Of a stretch of DNA of 64,000 nucleotides, positions 25,957-35,497 are shown piece by piece. A program made the position numbers and the translations under genes. The notes under the pieces are model-generated. The model was not told the DNA's origin, did no database searches, and was given only the letters and a program-made list of their open reading frames with translations. Each line of letters begins with the position of its first letter. The stretch's first letter is position 1. The stretch comes from Candidatus Binatia bacterium. Its GTDB lineage: Bacteria > Desulfobacterota > Binatia > Bin18. The stretch lies in NCBI GenBank assembly GCA_022826945.1, contig JAJDTY010000080.1, positions 34,005-98,004 on the forward strand, read 5' to 3'.

Positions 25957-27210
25957 TCAAGCCTTTTGATGCAGTCCGTCGTCGGTCCGACGTTCCTCGT
26001 GGGTCGGTCGCTCACCCACGCCTGGCTGGGTGAGAACTCGCCAGTAGGCTCCAAGAAAAATGAGAAACGCCCCTGACCACAGGAGAACGGAGACGGTGAC
26101 TGCAAGTGACTCTGCCTCTGGTATGACGAGGGGACCGAAGACGCGCACCACCGCTGCCAGGTGAACCAGCACGAATGTCGCCGTCTCCGCCTGCCCGCCC
26201 GAGATTGCACGGCCCGTGTAGGTCTGGGCACTGCGCGTCATCATCCCCAGCAGCATCCCGCTCATTGCTCCCATTTTCAGCCCGTAAAAGACGACGGTCT
26301 CCGGTATGTCGGCACCCGTCAGCCCCAGGGCGTGCAACACCAGCGACACCGGCAGCCACGCATAGGACAGGACCAGGACCCACAGCAAGGGTTCGCGTAG
26401 CGTCGAGGTCGGGTCCCAGAGCCACAGACGGATACTGTGCGCAACCGCCCCGATCATCGCGACCGCGGCCAGCCCCAGGTTCCCGCCCAACCACCCTGCG
26501 CCAGCGACCCCGGCAAGAGCGAGCACGCCGAGCGAACCGAAGGCCATGAGGTCCACGTACCGATTCTGCCGCGGCCGTGCCCCTGGAACCAGGCTGGGAA
26601 TGAGGTCTGGAATCAGCCGTCCCCCGCTCAGCGCGATCAGGATAAAGGACAGGTCTTGCGCCAGCGTTGCGTCCCGGCCGGTAATCAGATCGGTATAATT
26701 CAGATGGAACAGCAGGTTGGCCAGCGCGAGCAGGGCCGGCACGGCCACCACCAAGAGGAGACGGTAGAAGCGGGGTCTGAGGGCCGGGCTGGCGGAGAGC
26801 AGGCGGCGGAGCCTGATGGCCGGGCCGGCGAAGACCATCGAGACACCGACCAGGAAGAGACAGTCAACCGCAATAGCCGGGACTGCCGGGCCGGTGACTA
26901 CCAGAATACGACCCAAGACCCAGAGGCCGACCAGCGCGGCGAGCCGAGCGCCCGACAGGGGCGGCAGACTGCTTCGAGCCGGCACTGCCGTCAGCAGGAG
27001 CCCGGTCAGGCCGGCAGCAACGAGCCCGAAGACCATCTCATGGGTATGCCAGGCTGAACCGGTAAGATATCCGTCGGCGAGCAAGCGACCGGGCCAGAGT
27101 TGCCACACGGGAAAGGCGACCGTGCCAAACACCGCCGCCAACAGGTAGAAGGGCCGAAACCCCATACGGAATATGGGAACCGGACAGAGACGTTGGGGCT
27201 CGTCACGCAT
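25957..27210 (-). CDS. NnrS family membrane protein
   Basis: 'FRMGFRPFYLLAAVFGTVAFPVWQ' followed by about 12 hydrophobic segments, as in the NnrS family. Confidence 0.75.
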   Translation of the reverse strand: MRDEPQRLCPVPIFRMGFRPFYLLAAVFGTVAFPVWQLWPGRLLADGYLTGSAWHTHEMVFGLVAAGLTGLLLTAVPARSSLPPLSGARLAALVGLWVLGRILVVTGPAVPAIAVDCLFLVGVSMVFAGPAIRLRRLLSASPALRPRFYRLLLVVAVPALLALANLLFHLNYTDLITGRDATLAQDLSFILIALSGGRLIPDLIPSLVPGARPRQNRYVDLMAFGSLGVLALAGVAGAGWLGGNLGLAAVAMIGAVAHSIRLWLWDPTSTLREPLLWVLVLSYAWLPVSLVLHALGLTGADIPETVVFYGLKMGAMSGMLLGMMTRSAQTYTGRAISGGQAETATFVLVHLAAVVRVFGPLVIPEAESLAVTVSVLLWSGAFLIFLGAYWRVLTQPGVGERPTHEERRTDDGLHQKA

Positions 27211-27285
27211 CGGTCACATCAATGGTGTTCCGGGTCTGAAAAAATCGTTGCCTGGCAGCAGTCCGGTCCGTATAGTCCATATGCT

Positions 27286-28014
27286 ATGCAGAGCCTCGGC
27301 GCAACGCTCGTTGCCAGCCTCGTTCTGGGCGCGCTTTCGAGCCTCTTGACGACACCGTCTCCCGTTGGGCGAGCGAGTTTTTTCCCGCTCGCCCTGCATA
27401 ACACCTGGACGCATGAGGTGAAATTCTCCGGGGGAGATTACCATTACTATATGACGGAAACCGTGATCCGAGATGATTTTCCGCTGCTTGACGGCGTGTC
27501 CTACATTGTTGCCGAGGAGTATGAACCCTTAACCGACAGAGCGCCCGAGGCGAAAAGCACGGTCGCCTATATGCGCAAAGACGGCTTTCTCCTCCGCTAC
27601 CCCTGGCTTGATTCCGAACATGACACCGTGTGGGACACAAATCTTGGGGAAGGAATTGAACGGGTCCTGCCCAGCCCCTATACTGGAGAGCGGAGTTGGG
27701 AGGCCGGGCTCCAGACCAATGCTTGGCCGCTTGAGGGCGGTCAGGATGTGACGGCCTCGGCCCACGCGCGGATTGACCCTGTAGCGGTTCGGGTCCCAGC
27801 CGGAACGTTCCGCAATTGTCTCCGCGTGGAAACCAGGACAACGAGTCGGGTCGCTGACCCCAGACGCAAGACCACGGTATTCCACCTGCACTACACCGAG
27901 TGGTACGCCCGGGGGGTGGGCTTGGTGAAAGCCATCAGTAGCGAAGGCGCGGGCACGCCGGTCAAGAGCGTTACCGAACTGGTATCCTATCGGGTCTACC
28001 CGCCGTCGGACTAA
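27286..28014 (+). CDS. Hypothetical secreted protein
   Basis: Signal-like N-terminus MQSLGATLVASLVLGALSSLL. Protein-like composition, no recognised motif. Confidence 0.5.
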   Translation: MQSLGATLVASLVLGALSSLLTTPSPVGRASFFPLALHNTWTHEVKFSGGDYHYYMTETVIRDDFPLLDGVSYIVAEEYEPLTDRAPEAKSTVAYMRKDGFLLRYPWLDSEHDTVWDTNLGEGIERVLPSPYTGERSWEAGLQTNAWPLEGGQDVTASAHARIDPVAVRVPAGTFRNCLRVETRTTSRVADPRRKTTVFHLHYTEWYARGVGLVKAISSEGAGTPVKSVTELVSYRVYPPSD

Positions 28015-28144
28015 CGTCAGTCTCGACCGGAAAACCTGACAATCTTCGCTTTTACGCCTCGGAGGATACGGACGACTGGCGTAAGAGCAGTTTTCGCTTG
28101 ACTTCCCATTCCGGTTTGCTAGGCAGCAGGGAGGGGGGGACAGG

Positions 28145-29020
28145 ATGTATCCCAAAGCCATCGAGAATTATTTTGCACCGACTGATGTCGCTGAGGTGCT
28201 GACGCTCCTTAATCAATACGGAGAGCAGGCAAAACTTCTGGCCGGTGGCCAGAGTCTGATGCCGCTGATGAAGCTGCGGCTGGCCGAGCCGCAGACCATT
28301 ATTGATCTGAACCAGGTGGCTGCGCTCGACAACATTCGCGAGGAGGATGGGCGCCTCCACATCGGCGCGCTCGCCCGTCACTCCGACGTAGCCACCCACC
28401 CGCTCATTCTGCAATCCTATGCGCTCCTGGCGGACGCCGCTCGGAATATCGGTGACCCGCAAATCCGAAACCGGGGGACGATTGCCGGAAGTCTCGTTCA
28501 TGCCGACCCTTCGGCCGATTATCCGCCGGCGGTTATGGCCCTGGACGGCCAGCTCATCGTGGCCAAGGCGGATGGTGGCACGCGGACAGTCCTGATTGAT
28601 GACTTTCTGGCCGGTCCGCTGATGAGTGATATTGGCGAGGATGAATTGGTCACGCGGATTGAATGTCCGGCTCCTGCCGCTCATTCCGGTGGCGCATACG
28701 CAAAGCACAGTCAGGTCGCTGGCGACTTTGCCATCATCAGCGTGGCGGCCCAGATTACGCGAGACCCGAGTGGGGTGTGCCAGCAGGCAAATATCGTTGT
28801 TGGTGGTGTGATGCCCAAGCCGTGCCGGGCTGAGCAGGCCGCCAGTCTGCTGCAAGGAAAGGCCCTTGACGCGACGCTCCTGACCCAGGCTGGAGAAGCC
28901 GCGGCCGAGGAAGTGGAAACCGAGGATGATGTCAGAGCCTCGGCAGCCTATCGTCGCCAGCTTATTCGCGTCACGGTGCCAGAGGTGGTGCGTCAGGCCA
29001 GCGCCCGAGCAGAAGAGTAA
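28145..29020 (+). CDS. Molybdenum hydroxylase FAD-binding (medium, CoxM-like) subunit
   Basis: 'LLAGGQSLMPLMKLRL', 'IRNRGTIAGSLVHADPSADYP'. Confidence 0.85.
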   Translation: MYPKAIENYFAPTDVAEVLTLLNQYGEQAKLLAGGQSLMPLMKLRLAEPQTIIDLNQVAALDNIREEDGRLHIGALARHSDVATHPLILQSYALLADAARNIGDPQIRNRGTIAGSLVHADPSADYPPAVMALDGQLIVAKADGGTRTVLIDDFLAGPLMSDIGEDELVTRIECPAPAAHSGGAYAKHSQVAGDFAIISVAAQITRDPSGVCQQANIVVGGVMPKPCRAEQAASLLQGKALDATLLTQAGEAAAEEVETEDDVRASAAYRRQLIRVTVPEVVRQASARAEE

Positions 29021-29056
29021 ACGCTCCCTCCATATTTGCTCTTGAGGAGAGTCGGC

Positions 29057-29563
29057 ATGAAACGAAGCATAGGTATAACGATTAACGGTGAAGTCTACGA
29101 GGAGACGGTTGACCAGCGTCTCCTGCTGGTTGACTTCATTCGCGAGGTGGCGGGACTGACCGGGACGCATGTTGGCTGTTCGGTCGAGGGGCGCTGCGGG
29201 GCGTGTACGGTGGTTCTGAACGGCAAGGCCGTCAAGTCATGCCTCCTGCTGGCGGTTCAGGCAGACGGAGCCAGCGTGCTGACCATCGAAGGCTTGGCGA
29301 GAGATGATGCGCTCCACCCCATTCAAGAGGGATTCTGGGAGAAGCACGGCTTGCAGTGCGGGTTTTGCACGCCCGGCTTGCTGATGACCCTGTACGAATT
29401 TCTCCAGAATCCCAAGCATTCGGACGAAGAAATCCGCACCGCCATGTCGGGGGTGATCTGCCGCTGTACTGGCTACGTCCATATCGTCGAGGCGGTCAAG
29501 CACGCCATCGCCACGGTCGAGGCGCTGTCGCCAGAAGAGCGCAAACAGTGGTTTCCAGTGTAA
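29057..29563 (+). CDS. Molybdenum hydroxylase [2Fe-2S] (small, CoxS-like) subunit
   Basis: 'GCSVEGRCGACTV' and 'CGFCTPG...CRCTGY'. GAGGAGA RBS before the ATG at 29057. Confidence 0.9.
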   Translation: MKRSIGITINGEVYEETVDQRLLLVDFIREVAGLTGTHVGCSVEGRCGACTVVLNGKAVKSCLLLAVQADGASVLTIEGLARDDALHPIQEGFWEKHGLQCGFCTPGLLMTLYEFLQNPKHSDEEIRTAMSGVICRCTGYVHIVEAVKHAIATVEALSPEERKQWFPV

Positions 29564-29578
29564 ACAGGGGAGCGCGTC

Positions 29579-31945
29579 ATGGCTACTGCAAACGCCTGGG
29601 TCGGACAATCCATTAAACGTAAAGAGGATCGCCGTTTATTAGTTGGAGACGGACAATACCTACCTGATATTGTCTTACCACGCATGGTCGTCATGGGCTT
29701 TGTGCGTAGCATCTACGCCCACGCAAAAATTACGTCCATAGACACCACTCAGGCGGCTGCCCTGCCCGGCGTGCGGGCCGTGCTCACCGGTGCAGATGTC
29801 AAACACCTCGGGTCGGTGCTGTCGGACATGAGTACGCCGAATCTGCCCGGCGAAACCAACAGGCCGATCTTTTGGCCGCTGTCGATTGATGAGGTGAAAT
29901 ACGTCGGCGACCCGCTGGCCGTTGTGGTGGCCCGCGATAAATATACCCTCGAAGATGCGATTGAGCTGGTCGACGTTGAGTATGAGCCGCTCGATATCGT
30001 AATCGACCCCGAGCACGCCCTCCAGGCTGAGGCGCCACGTCTCTATCCTGACTGGGGCGACAATGTGCTCTACCACCAGCATATTCCTGCCGGTGATACC
30101 GATGCGGCCTTTGTCCAGGCGGACCTGATTATTAAAGAACGCTTTCGGTGCCACCGCACCGGCGGTCAGCCCATGGAGACCCGTGGCTGCCTGGCAATGT
30201 ACAATCCAGGCGAGGGGCTGACCCTGTGGCTGACCACGCAGCGCCCGCACATCAAACGTCACCTGTTGGCCGAATACCTCAACCTGCCGCACAGCCAGGT
30301 GCGGGTGATTATGCCTAAAGACATGGGCGGCGCGTTTGGGACAAAGGCTCCGCTCTATCGGGAAGAGCTCATGGCCTGTCATTTGGCCATGAAACTCCGC
30401 CGTCCGGTGAAATGGGTCGAGAATCGCCAGGAAAGTCTGATGAATGTGGGCCAGGGGCGGGATCAGATTCATCAGCTTGAACTGGCCGTAAAGAAGGACG
30501 GCACCATTCTTGGCCTGCGGGATAGGATTCTGGCCGATTGCGGCGATGCCCGGACAGCCATTTACGTCGGCTTTGCCATGCCCTTTTTGGGGGCGATGTA
30601 CCTCATTAACGGCTACGACATCCCCAACGTGGATATCGATCTCACCTGTGTGGTGACCAACAAAGCCTGTCTTACACCGAGTCGGGCGTTCGGTTCGTTT
30701 GCCGGACGCTTTGCGCTCGACCGGGCTGTTGAAATGGCCGCCCGCGCTCTGGAGATCGACCCGGTTGAGATTCGTCTCAAAAACGCGATCAAGACCTTCC
30801 CGCACGTCTCCGCGGTTGGCGTACACGTAGACTCGGGGGACTTTCCCGGCTCGTTTGCCAAGGCGTGCGCCGCGCTGGATTACGACAATTTTCGGCAAGA
30901 ACAGTCCGAGGCATGGGAAAACGGACGTTATCTTGGTGTCGGCTTCAGCATGGGGGTGGAAATTTCCGGTGTTCCCTCAGAGGTACTAGTCCCCATGGAA
31001 CGCCAGCCCGGCTTTGGCGTGGCAACGGTCCAGTTCGACGCGCACGGCAAAGTTCAGGTGGCCGAAGGCGACTCGCCGCATGGCCAGGGGCATGAGACAA
31101 CGATTGCTCAAGTCGTCGCTGGCGAACTCGGCCTGTCGCCGGAGGATATTTATGTCACATACGGTGACACCCACTCCGGCCCCTTTGCCGCGGGTACCAT
31201 TGGCTCCCGCGGCGCTTCCTATACGCTCAGCGCTGCGGTGCTGGCCGCGCGCGCCCTGCGGCCCAAGATGGCCAATATTGCCGCCCACCTGCTGCATATC
31301 GAAGCTGGCGAGGACGATTTTGTCTTTCGTGGCGGACACGCCATTTTGACTAAAGACGAGAGCCAGCGCGTGCCGATTGCCAAGATTGCCGAGGTAGCGC
31401 TGCTCTCCCCCACCGAGCTGCCGCCCGGCATGGAGGCCGGCCTTGAACATACCTCCCATTTTGAAGCCGAGACCGCGGGTATGCATAGCTGCAACGTCCA
31501 TGCGGCCCAGGTCGAAGTGTTTCCCGACACGGGGGAATATAAAATTATGCGCTATGTTGCGGTGGATGACGCCGGGCAGCCCATTAATCCCATGGTGGTT
31601 CGGGGTCAAATTCACGGTGGAGTGGCCATGGGGATAGGCAATGCGTGTATGGAAGAGTTTATCTATGACGAAAACGGCCAGCAACTCACGACCACGCTGT
31701 TAGACTACCACATCCCATCCTCCCTTGATCTCCCGCATATTGAGACCATCGAACACAATGTTCCCTCCCCGCACACCCCATTAGGTTCAAAGGGAAAAGG
31801 CGAGGGTACACCTGGGATGGTGCCGGCCGCGGTGGCGAATGCGATCGAGGACGCCTTGCAACCCCTGGGCGTCAAAATTACGGACCTGCCGCTCACGCCA
31901 GAGCGAATTTGGAAGCTGATTCAAGCGGCGCAGTCAAAAGAATAA
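29579..31945 (+). CDS. Molybdopterin-binding large subunit of a xanthine dehydrogenase / aldehyde oxidase family enzyme (CoxL-like, not form I CODH)
   Basis: 'GQSIKRKEDRRLL', 'GGAFGTK', 'GSKGKGEG'. The translation contains neither an 'AYRCSFR' nor an 'AYRGAGR' loop; 'PSRAFGSFAGR' stands in its place. Confidence 0.85.
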   Translation: MATANAWVGQSIKRKEDRRLLVGDGQYLPDIVLPRMVVMGFVRSIYAHAKITSIDTTQAAALPGVRAVLTGADVKHLGSVLSDMSTPNLPGETNRPIFWPLSIDEVKYVGDPLAVVVARDKYTLEDAIELVDVEYEPLDIVIDPEHALQAEAPRLYPDWGDNVLYHQHIPAGDTDAAFVQADLIIKERFRCHRTGGQPMETRGCLAMYNPGEGLTLWLTTQRPHIKRHLLAEYLNLPHSQVRVIMPKDMGGAFGTKAPLYREELMACHLAMKLRRPVKWVENRQESLMNVGQGRDQIHQLELAVKKDGTILGLRDRILADCGDARTAIYVGFAMPFLGAMYLINGYDIPNVDIDLTCVVTNKACLTPSRAFGSFAGRFALDRAVEMAARALEIDPVEIRLKNAIKTFPHVSAVGVHVDSGDFPGSFAKACAALDYDNFRQEQSEAWENGRYLGVGFSMGVEISGVPSEVLVPMERQPGFGVATVQFDAHGKVQVAEGDSPHGQGHETTIAQVVAGELGLSPEDIYVTYGDTHSGPFAAGTIGSRGASYTLSAAVLAARALRPKMANIAAHLLHIEAGEDDFVFRGGHAILTKDESQRVPIAKIAEVALLSPTELPPGMEAGLEHTSHFEAETAGMHSCNVHAAQVEVFPDTGEYKIMRYVAVDDAGQPINPMVVRGQIHGGVAMGIGNACMEEFIYDENGQQLTTTLLDYHIPSSLDLPHIETIEHNVPSPHTPLGSKGKGEGTPGMVPAAVANAIEDALQPLGVKITDLPLTPERIWKLIQAAQSKE

Positions 31946-32029
31946 GGTACGGGAAGACTTCGTTGTTGCTCCTCGGGGAAACAGGGGGTCTCAGACGCCG
32001 GTCGTTCTGAAGACGAAGGAGGGATGAGT

Positions 32030-32794
32030 ATGGCATCACTGACTGGGAGAGTAGTCATCGTGACCGGGGCGGCGCGGGGGATCGGCCAGGAATACTGCTG
32101 CGCCTTTGCGCGGGAGGGAGCCCGGGTAGTCGCTTCCGACGTCCTGTCGTGCGAGGAGACCGTCGCCAGAGTCCAGGACTCGGGGGGTGAGGTGGTGGAG
32201 GTGACTACCGATGTCACGAGCGCCCAGAGTACCGAAGCCATGGCCGCTACGACACTCGAGCGTTTTGGCCAGATCGATATCCTGGTCAACAATGCTGCCC
32301 TGTATGGAGGGATGTGGGTCGGCCCGTTCGATCAGATTGCGGAAGCCGAATGGGATCGGATGATGGAGGTGAATGTCAAAGGCATCTGGCTGTGCTGTAA
32401 GGCAGTCGTGCCGACGATGAAGGAGCAGGGAAAAGGCAAAATCATTAATGTTTCGTCGAGTACGATCTGGGCCGGCGATCCGTTTGCCCTCCATTACGTC
32501 GCCTCAAAGGGGGCGGTGTTTTCCCTCACTCGCGCGCTGGCGAGAGAACTCGCCGGGACAGGGATTAATGTAAACGCCATCACCCCTGGCCACACGATGA
32601 CCGAAGCGAGCAAAACGATCCTTGATCCCGAAACCTTTGAGCGGTTCCGGCGGCAGTCGGTCAAGCGGCAGATTATCAAGCGCAACGAAGAGCCGGCAGA
32701 TGTGGCGGGGACAGTCCTCTTTTTAGCATCGGATGCGAGTGACTTTATGAGCGGGCAAACGCTCAACATCGATGGTGGACGGTGCCATTACTAA
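32030..32794 (+). CDS. SDR family oxidoreductase (FabG-like)
   Basis: 'VIVTGAARGIGQEY', 'NNAA', 'YVASKGAV' (YxxxK). Confidence 0.85.
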   Translation: MASLTGRVVIVTGAARGIGQEYCCAFAREGARVVASDVLSCEETVARVQDSGGEVVEVTTDVTSAQSTEAMAATTLERFGQIDILVNNAALYGGMWVGPFDQIAEAEWDRMMEVNVKGIWLCCKAVVPTMKEQGKGKIINVSSSTIWAGDPFALHYVASKGAVFSLTRALARELAGTGINVNAITPGHTMTEASKTILDPETFERFRRQSVKRQIIKRNEEPADVAGTVLFLASDASDFMSGQTLNIDGGRCHY

Positions 32795-32838
32795 CGACCG
32801 GACAAAACCGGAGAAGAAATCGGCTTTTTTCTTCCGCC

Positions 32839-33399
32839 TTACATCTTGACCTGCACGGTCACTCCGGTCCGGGCGACCAGATTCTTTTTATCAAGGTCCG
32901 GCCCGTGCGCTTCCCCATCAACGACGTTATCGGGCATGAGGTTCTGCGTGGTCTCCCGCCGCAGGATAACGATCACATTTGACTGATCGACCAGGGCAAA
33001 CGGAAACTCGTGCCAGGTTCCGACCTTCATCGTAAAGCCAGACGAGCCGTCGAACAGGAGCGCCCGGGCCTGTTCGAGGTCTGGCATGTCGCCCTCGGTT
33101 GGTGGGGCAAGGACAACGACGAACGGTTTCCCCTCAAGCGGAATGAAGGTCTGCGTATGCTTGAAATGGCGCTCCATCCATTGGACCTGCATCTCGCGGC
33201 GGTCAACGCTGGCCAGAGTGAGCATGGTCTCTTCATCGGACTCGAAAGTCACCGGAGCGTAGACGCTGACCTTGCCATCATAGAAGGCGACCGGCAGCGG
33301 CTTGGCCTGCTCATGGATGCCGAGCAGTTGTCCGAATGGCGCAACCGTTTCAGGGGTAGCCTGCTCTACGGGAATTTCATGGATGGTTGGGGTTGTCAT
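32839..33399 (-). CDS. Ureidoglycolate lyase (AllA)-like cupin protein
   Basis: 'HFKHTQTFIPLEGKPFVVVLAP...GTWHEFPFAL' is family-typical. AAGGAGGG RBS before the MTTPTIHEI start. Confidence 0.65.
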   Translation of the reverse strand: MTTPTIHEIPVEQATPETVAPFGQLLGIHEQAKPLPVAFYDGKVSVYAPVTFESDEETMLTLASVDRREMQVQWMERHFKHTQTFIPLEGKPFVVVLAPPTEGDMPDLEQARALLFDGSSGFTMKVGTWHEFPFALVDQSNVIVILRRETTQNLMPDNVVDGEAHGPDLDKKNLVARTGVTVQVKM

Positions 33400-33522
33400 A
33401 CGAGGCCCTCCTTTGTCGGGGATTGTGCCAAGCCCGAAGCCATTCGACAACCTGGCGTCTCCTAGTGCTCCCTCCGGGGAATAGATATGTTCTGTCAAGC
33501 CCAACGAGAAGAAGAGGACATC

Positions 33523-34194
33523 ATGGCCGAGACCGATCTGTTTGACATCATGTATTCCTGCCGCAGCATGCGCCGCCTCAAGACCGACCCGGTTCCATTA
33601 GAGTTTATTTACAAAGTGATTGAAGCCGGCACCCAGGGACCGAGTGGGGGCGGGGTCCAAGCCTGGCGCTTTGTGGTAGTCACGGAACAGCAGGTAAAAG
33701 AACAGATTGCCGAGATCTATCTGCGTGGCTGGCGTATGGCGGAAACCAATTATGCCAAAGCCGGGCTCACGCCAGAGAATAGCAAAAACGTACGCGCGGC
33801 CGCCTATCTGGCCGAGCACTTGGCTGAGGCACCGGTCCTGCTTATCCCCTGTCTCCGCTCGCGCAAGAGTCATGAGGCCCGTCTCAACGGACCGAATAGA
33901 GAAACCTTTCTGCGGATTCTGGGCGGGAGTATCTATCCGGCGATTCAGAATATCCTGCTGGCGTGCCGGGCCCTTGGTCTGGGTGCCTCACTCACGACGA
34001 TTACGACGCTGTATGAGGACGAGATGCGGAAGATTCTCGACCTGCCCGAATTTATTACAACGTATGCGCTCATTCCGATTGGCTATCCCAAAGGAAAATT
34101 CGGACCAGTGACCCGACGCCCGGTCGAAGAAGTGACCTGGCTGAATCGATATGGGGAGGCGTTTCCACAGCGGGGAGCGACGGAAAGAGCCTAG
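33523..34194 (+). CDS. Nitroreductase family protein
   Basis: 'MYSCRSMRRLKTDPVP', 'QAWRFVVV', 'GGSIYPAIQNILLACRALGLGASLT'. Confidence 0.8.
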   Translation: MAETDLFDIMYSCRSMRRLKTDPVPLEFIYKVIEAGTQGPSGGGVQAWRFVVVTEQQVKEQIAEIYLRGWRMAETNYAKAGLTPENSKNVRAAAYLAEHLAEAPVLLIPCLRSRKSHEARLNGPNRETFLRILGGSIYPAIQNILLACRALGLGASLTTITTLYEDEMRKILDLPEFITTYALIPIGYPKGKFGPVTRRPVEEVTWLNRYGEAFPQRGATERA

Positions 34195-34207
34195 GAGATT
34201 GAGGGTA

Positions 34208-34229
34208 GGGCAGCCCTGTACGGCTGCCC
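34208..34229. terminator. Bidirectional hairpin between convergent genes
   Basis: gggcagcc-ctgtac-ggctgccc, an 8-bp GC stem between the nitroreductase and MaoC stop codons. Confidence 0.55.
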
Positions 34230-34235
34230 CTCTGT

Positions 34236-34739
34236 CTAACCCTGTTTTAGCTCCGGAAAGAGGTCACGCTTGGGGACATGCGCCTTTTTCCAGACCATCA
34301 CGTTGCGCGTGTACTGGCACACCAAGGTGCCGTCTTGTTTGACTCCTCGCGTCTCAACTTTGATGATTCCCCACTGCGGCTTGGACTTGGATTCGCGCTT
34401 CTCCAGGACTTCCGACTCGGAATACAGCGTATCGCCGGCAAACACCGGATTTGGGAGGGTGACATTATCCCAGCCCAGGTTAAAGCCGTTCTCACTCACA
34501 TCGGCGACACCGAGCCCAGCAACAATCGCCAGGGTGAGCCCGCTGTTAATCAGGCATTGACCGAATTCGGTCTGTTTGCCGTATTCGTTGTTAAAATGGA
34601 TTTGATTGGTGTTACAGGTCAGCAAGGTAAACCAGGTATTATCCGTCTCAGTCACCGTCCGCCCCAAGCGACAGCGATAGACATCCCCGATGTCAAAGTC
34701 TTCGTAGCAACGTCCTTCCCAGCCAGGTTTGACCGCCAT
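34236..34739 (-). CDS. MaoC-family (R-specific enoyl-CoA hydratase-like) dehydratase
   Basis: Hot-dog fold sequence 'FTLLTCNTNQIHFNNEYGKQTEFGQCLINSGLTLAIVAG'. TAAGGAGG RBS before MAVKPGW. Confidence 0.8.
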   Translation of the reverse strand: MAVKPGWEGRCYEDFDIGDVYRCRLGRTVTETDNTWFTLLTCNTNQIHFNNEYGKQTEFGQCLINSGLTLAIVAGLGVADVSENGFNLGWDNVTLPNPVFAGDTLYSESEVLEKRESKSKPQWGIIKVETRGVKQDGTLVCQYTRNVMVWKKAHVPKRDLFPELKQG

Positions 34740-34992
34740 AGGAACCTCCTTACATAGTCTGATGTGGACCGCAGTGTACCACAGGACCTCTGTCCGGAGG
34801 AGTGTGGGATGGGAGGACACCTAGACTAGAGCAGTTTTCAGGTGGTGTAGCGAGGTACTATCTATAGTATCGGCGATAACTGGCCCGCTCAGCCGGGGCG
34901 AAGCCCTCAATCGCACACCCGCAAACCATTGGGCGCTACACTAATGTCAATTTGGCTCTAGCCCAAGGGCATCCCTCTAAGGAGAAGGAGAT

Positions 34993-35475
34993 TCACCAGT
35001 AGTGCGCTTTTGGTTGCGGAGTCTGCTGGGCGGGAGGCGTTTCCTCTTCCTCTTCGAGGATGGCCGAGACAAGAGTGAGCCGACCACTCGTTCGGTAGAA
35101 AAATCCGGCCAACAGAACGGGTTTCCGAATATGCTCTTCGGTCAGGAGCGGAGCTAAAATCTCTCCGTTGAGGATACGCAGATTCGGTTTGTGTCGGCGC
35201 ATAGCTCGGAGCACAGAAAGCTCGCTTTGCATTCGACTCGTGGTGTGGAATTCATCAACCTGAAGATAGACTTCCTTTTCTTTGGAAATCCCGAAGGCCA
35301 GGAGGTCGTCATGCCGGCCAGGCTCGCCGGTTGGAACGAAATAGAGCTTCCCACTGAAACGGACTGGCAGCGGAGGACCTTCAGCGCCAGACCTTGACGG
35401 GAGAGCGAGTAAAAGAATGAACGCCCCGGCTAGGAGACTGAGAGGTCGGAAATATTGCCTGAACATCGGACGCAT
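34993..35475 (-). CDS. Hypothetical secreted protein (paralog of 3280..3750), last gene of the two-component operon
   Basis: Signal peptide 'LSLLAGAFILLLALPSRSGAEG'. Its start lies 22 nt downstream of the kinase stop codon. Confidence 0.55.
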   Translation of the reverse strand: MRPMFRQYFRPLSLLAGAFILLLALPSRSGAEGPPLPVRFSGKLYFVPTGEPGRHDDLLAFGISKEKEVYLQVDEFHTTSRMQSELSVLRAMRRHKPNLRILNGEILAPLLTEEHIRKPVLLAGFFYRTSGRLTLVSAILEEEEETPPAQQTPQPKAHYW

Positions 35476-35497
35476 GTCTGATACGCTCTCCCGTCGC

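Noticed and set aside
29579-31945. Calling the CoxL-like gene an aerobic carbon monoxide dehydrogenase.
   Set aside because: The translated protein lacks the AYRCSFR (form I) and AYRGAGR (form II) active-site loops, and no coxDEF-type accessory genes are adjacent.
35033-35060. A GAGGAA/CCTCTTCC-rich run resembling the element arm 'gtttcctct'.
   Set aside because: It is simply the antisense of a poly-Glu coding stretch (EEEEETPP) at the C-terminus of the secreted protein.
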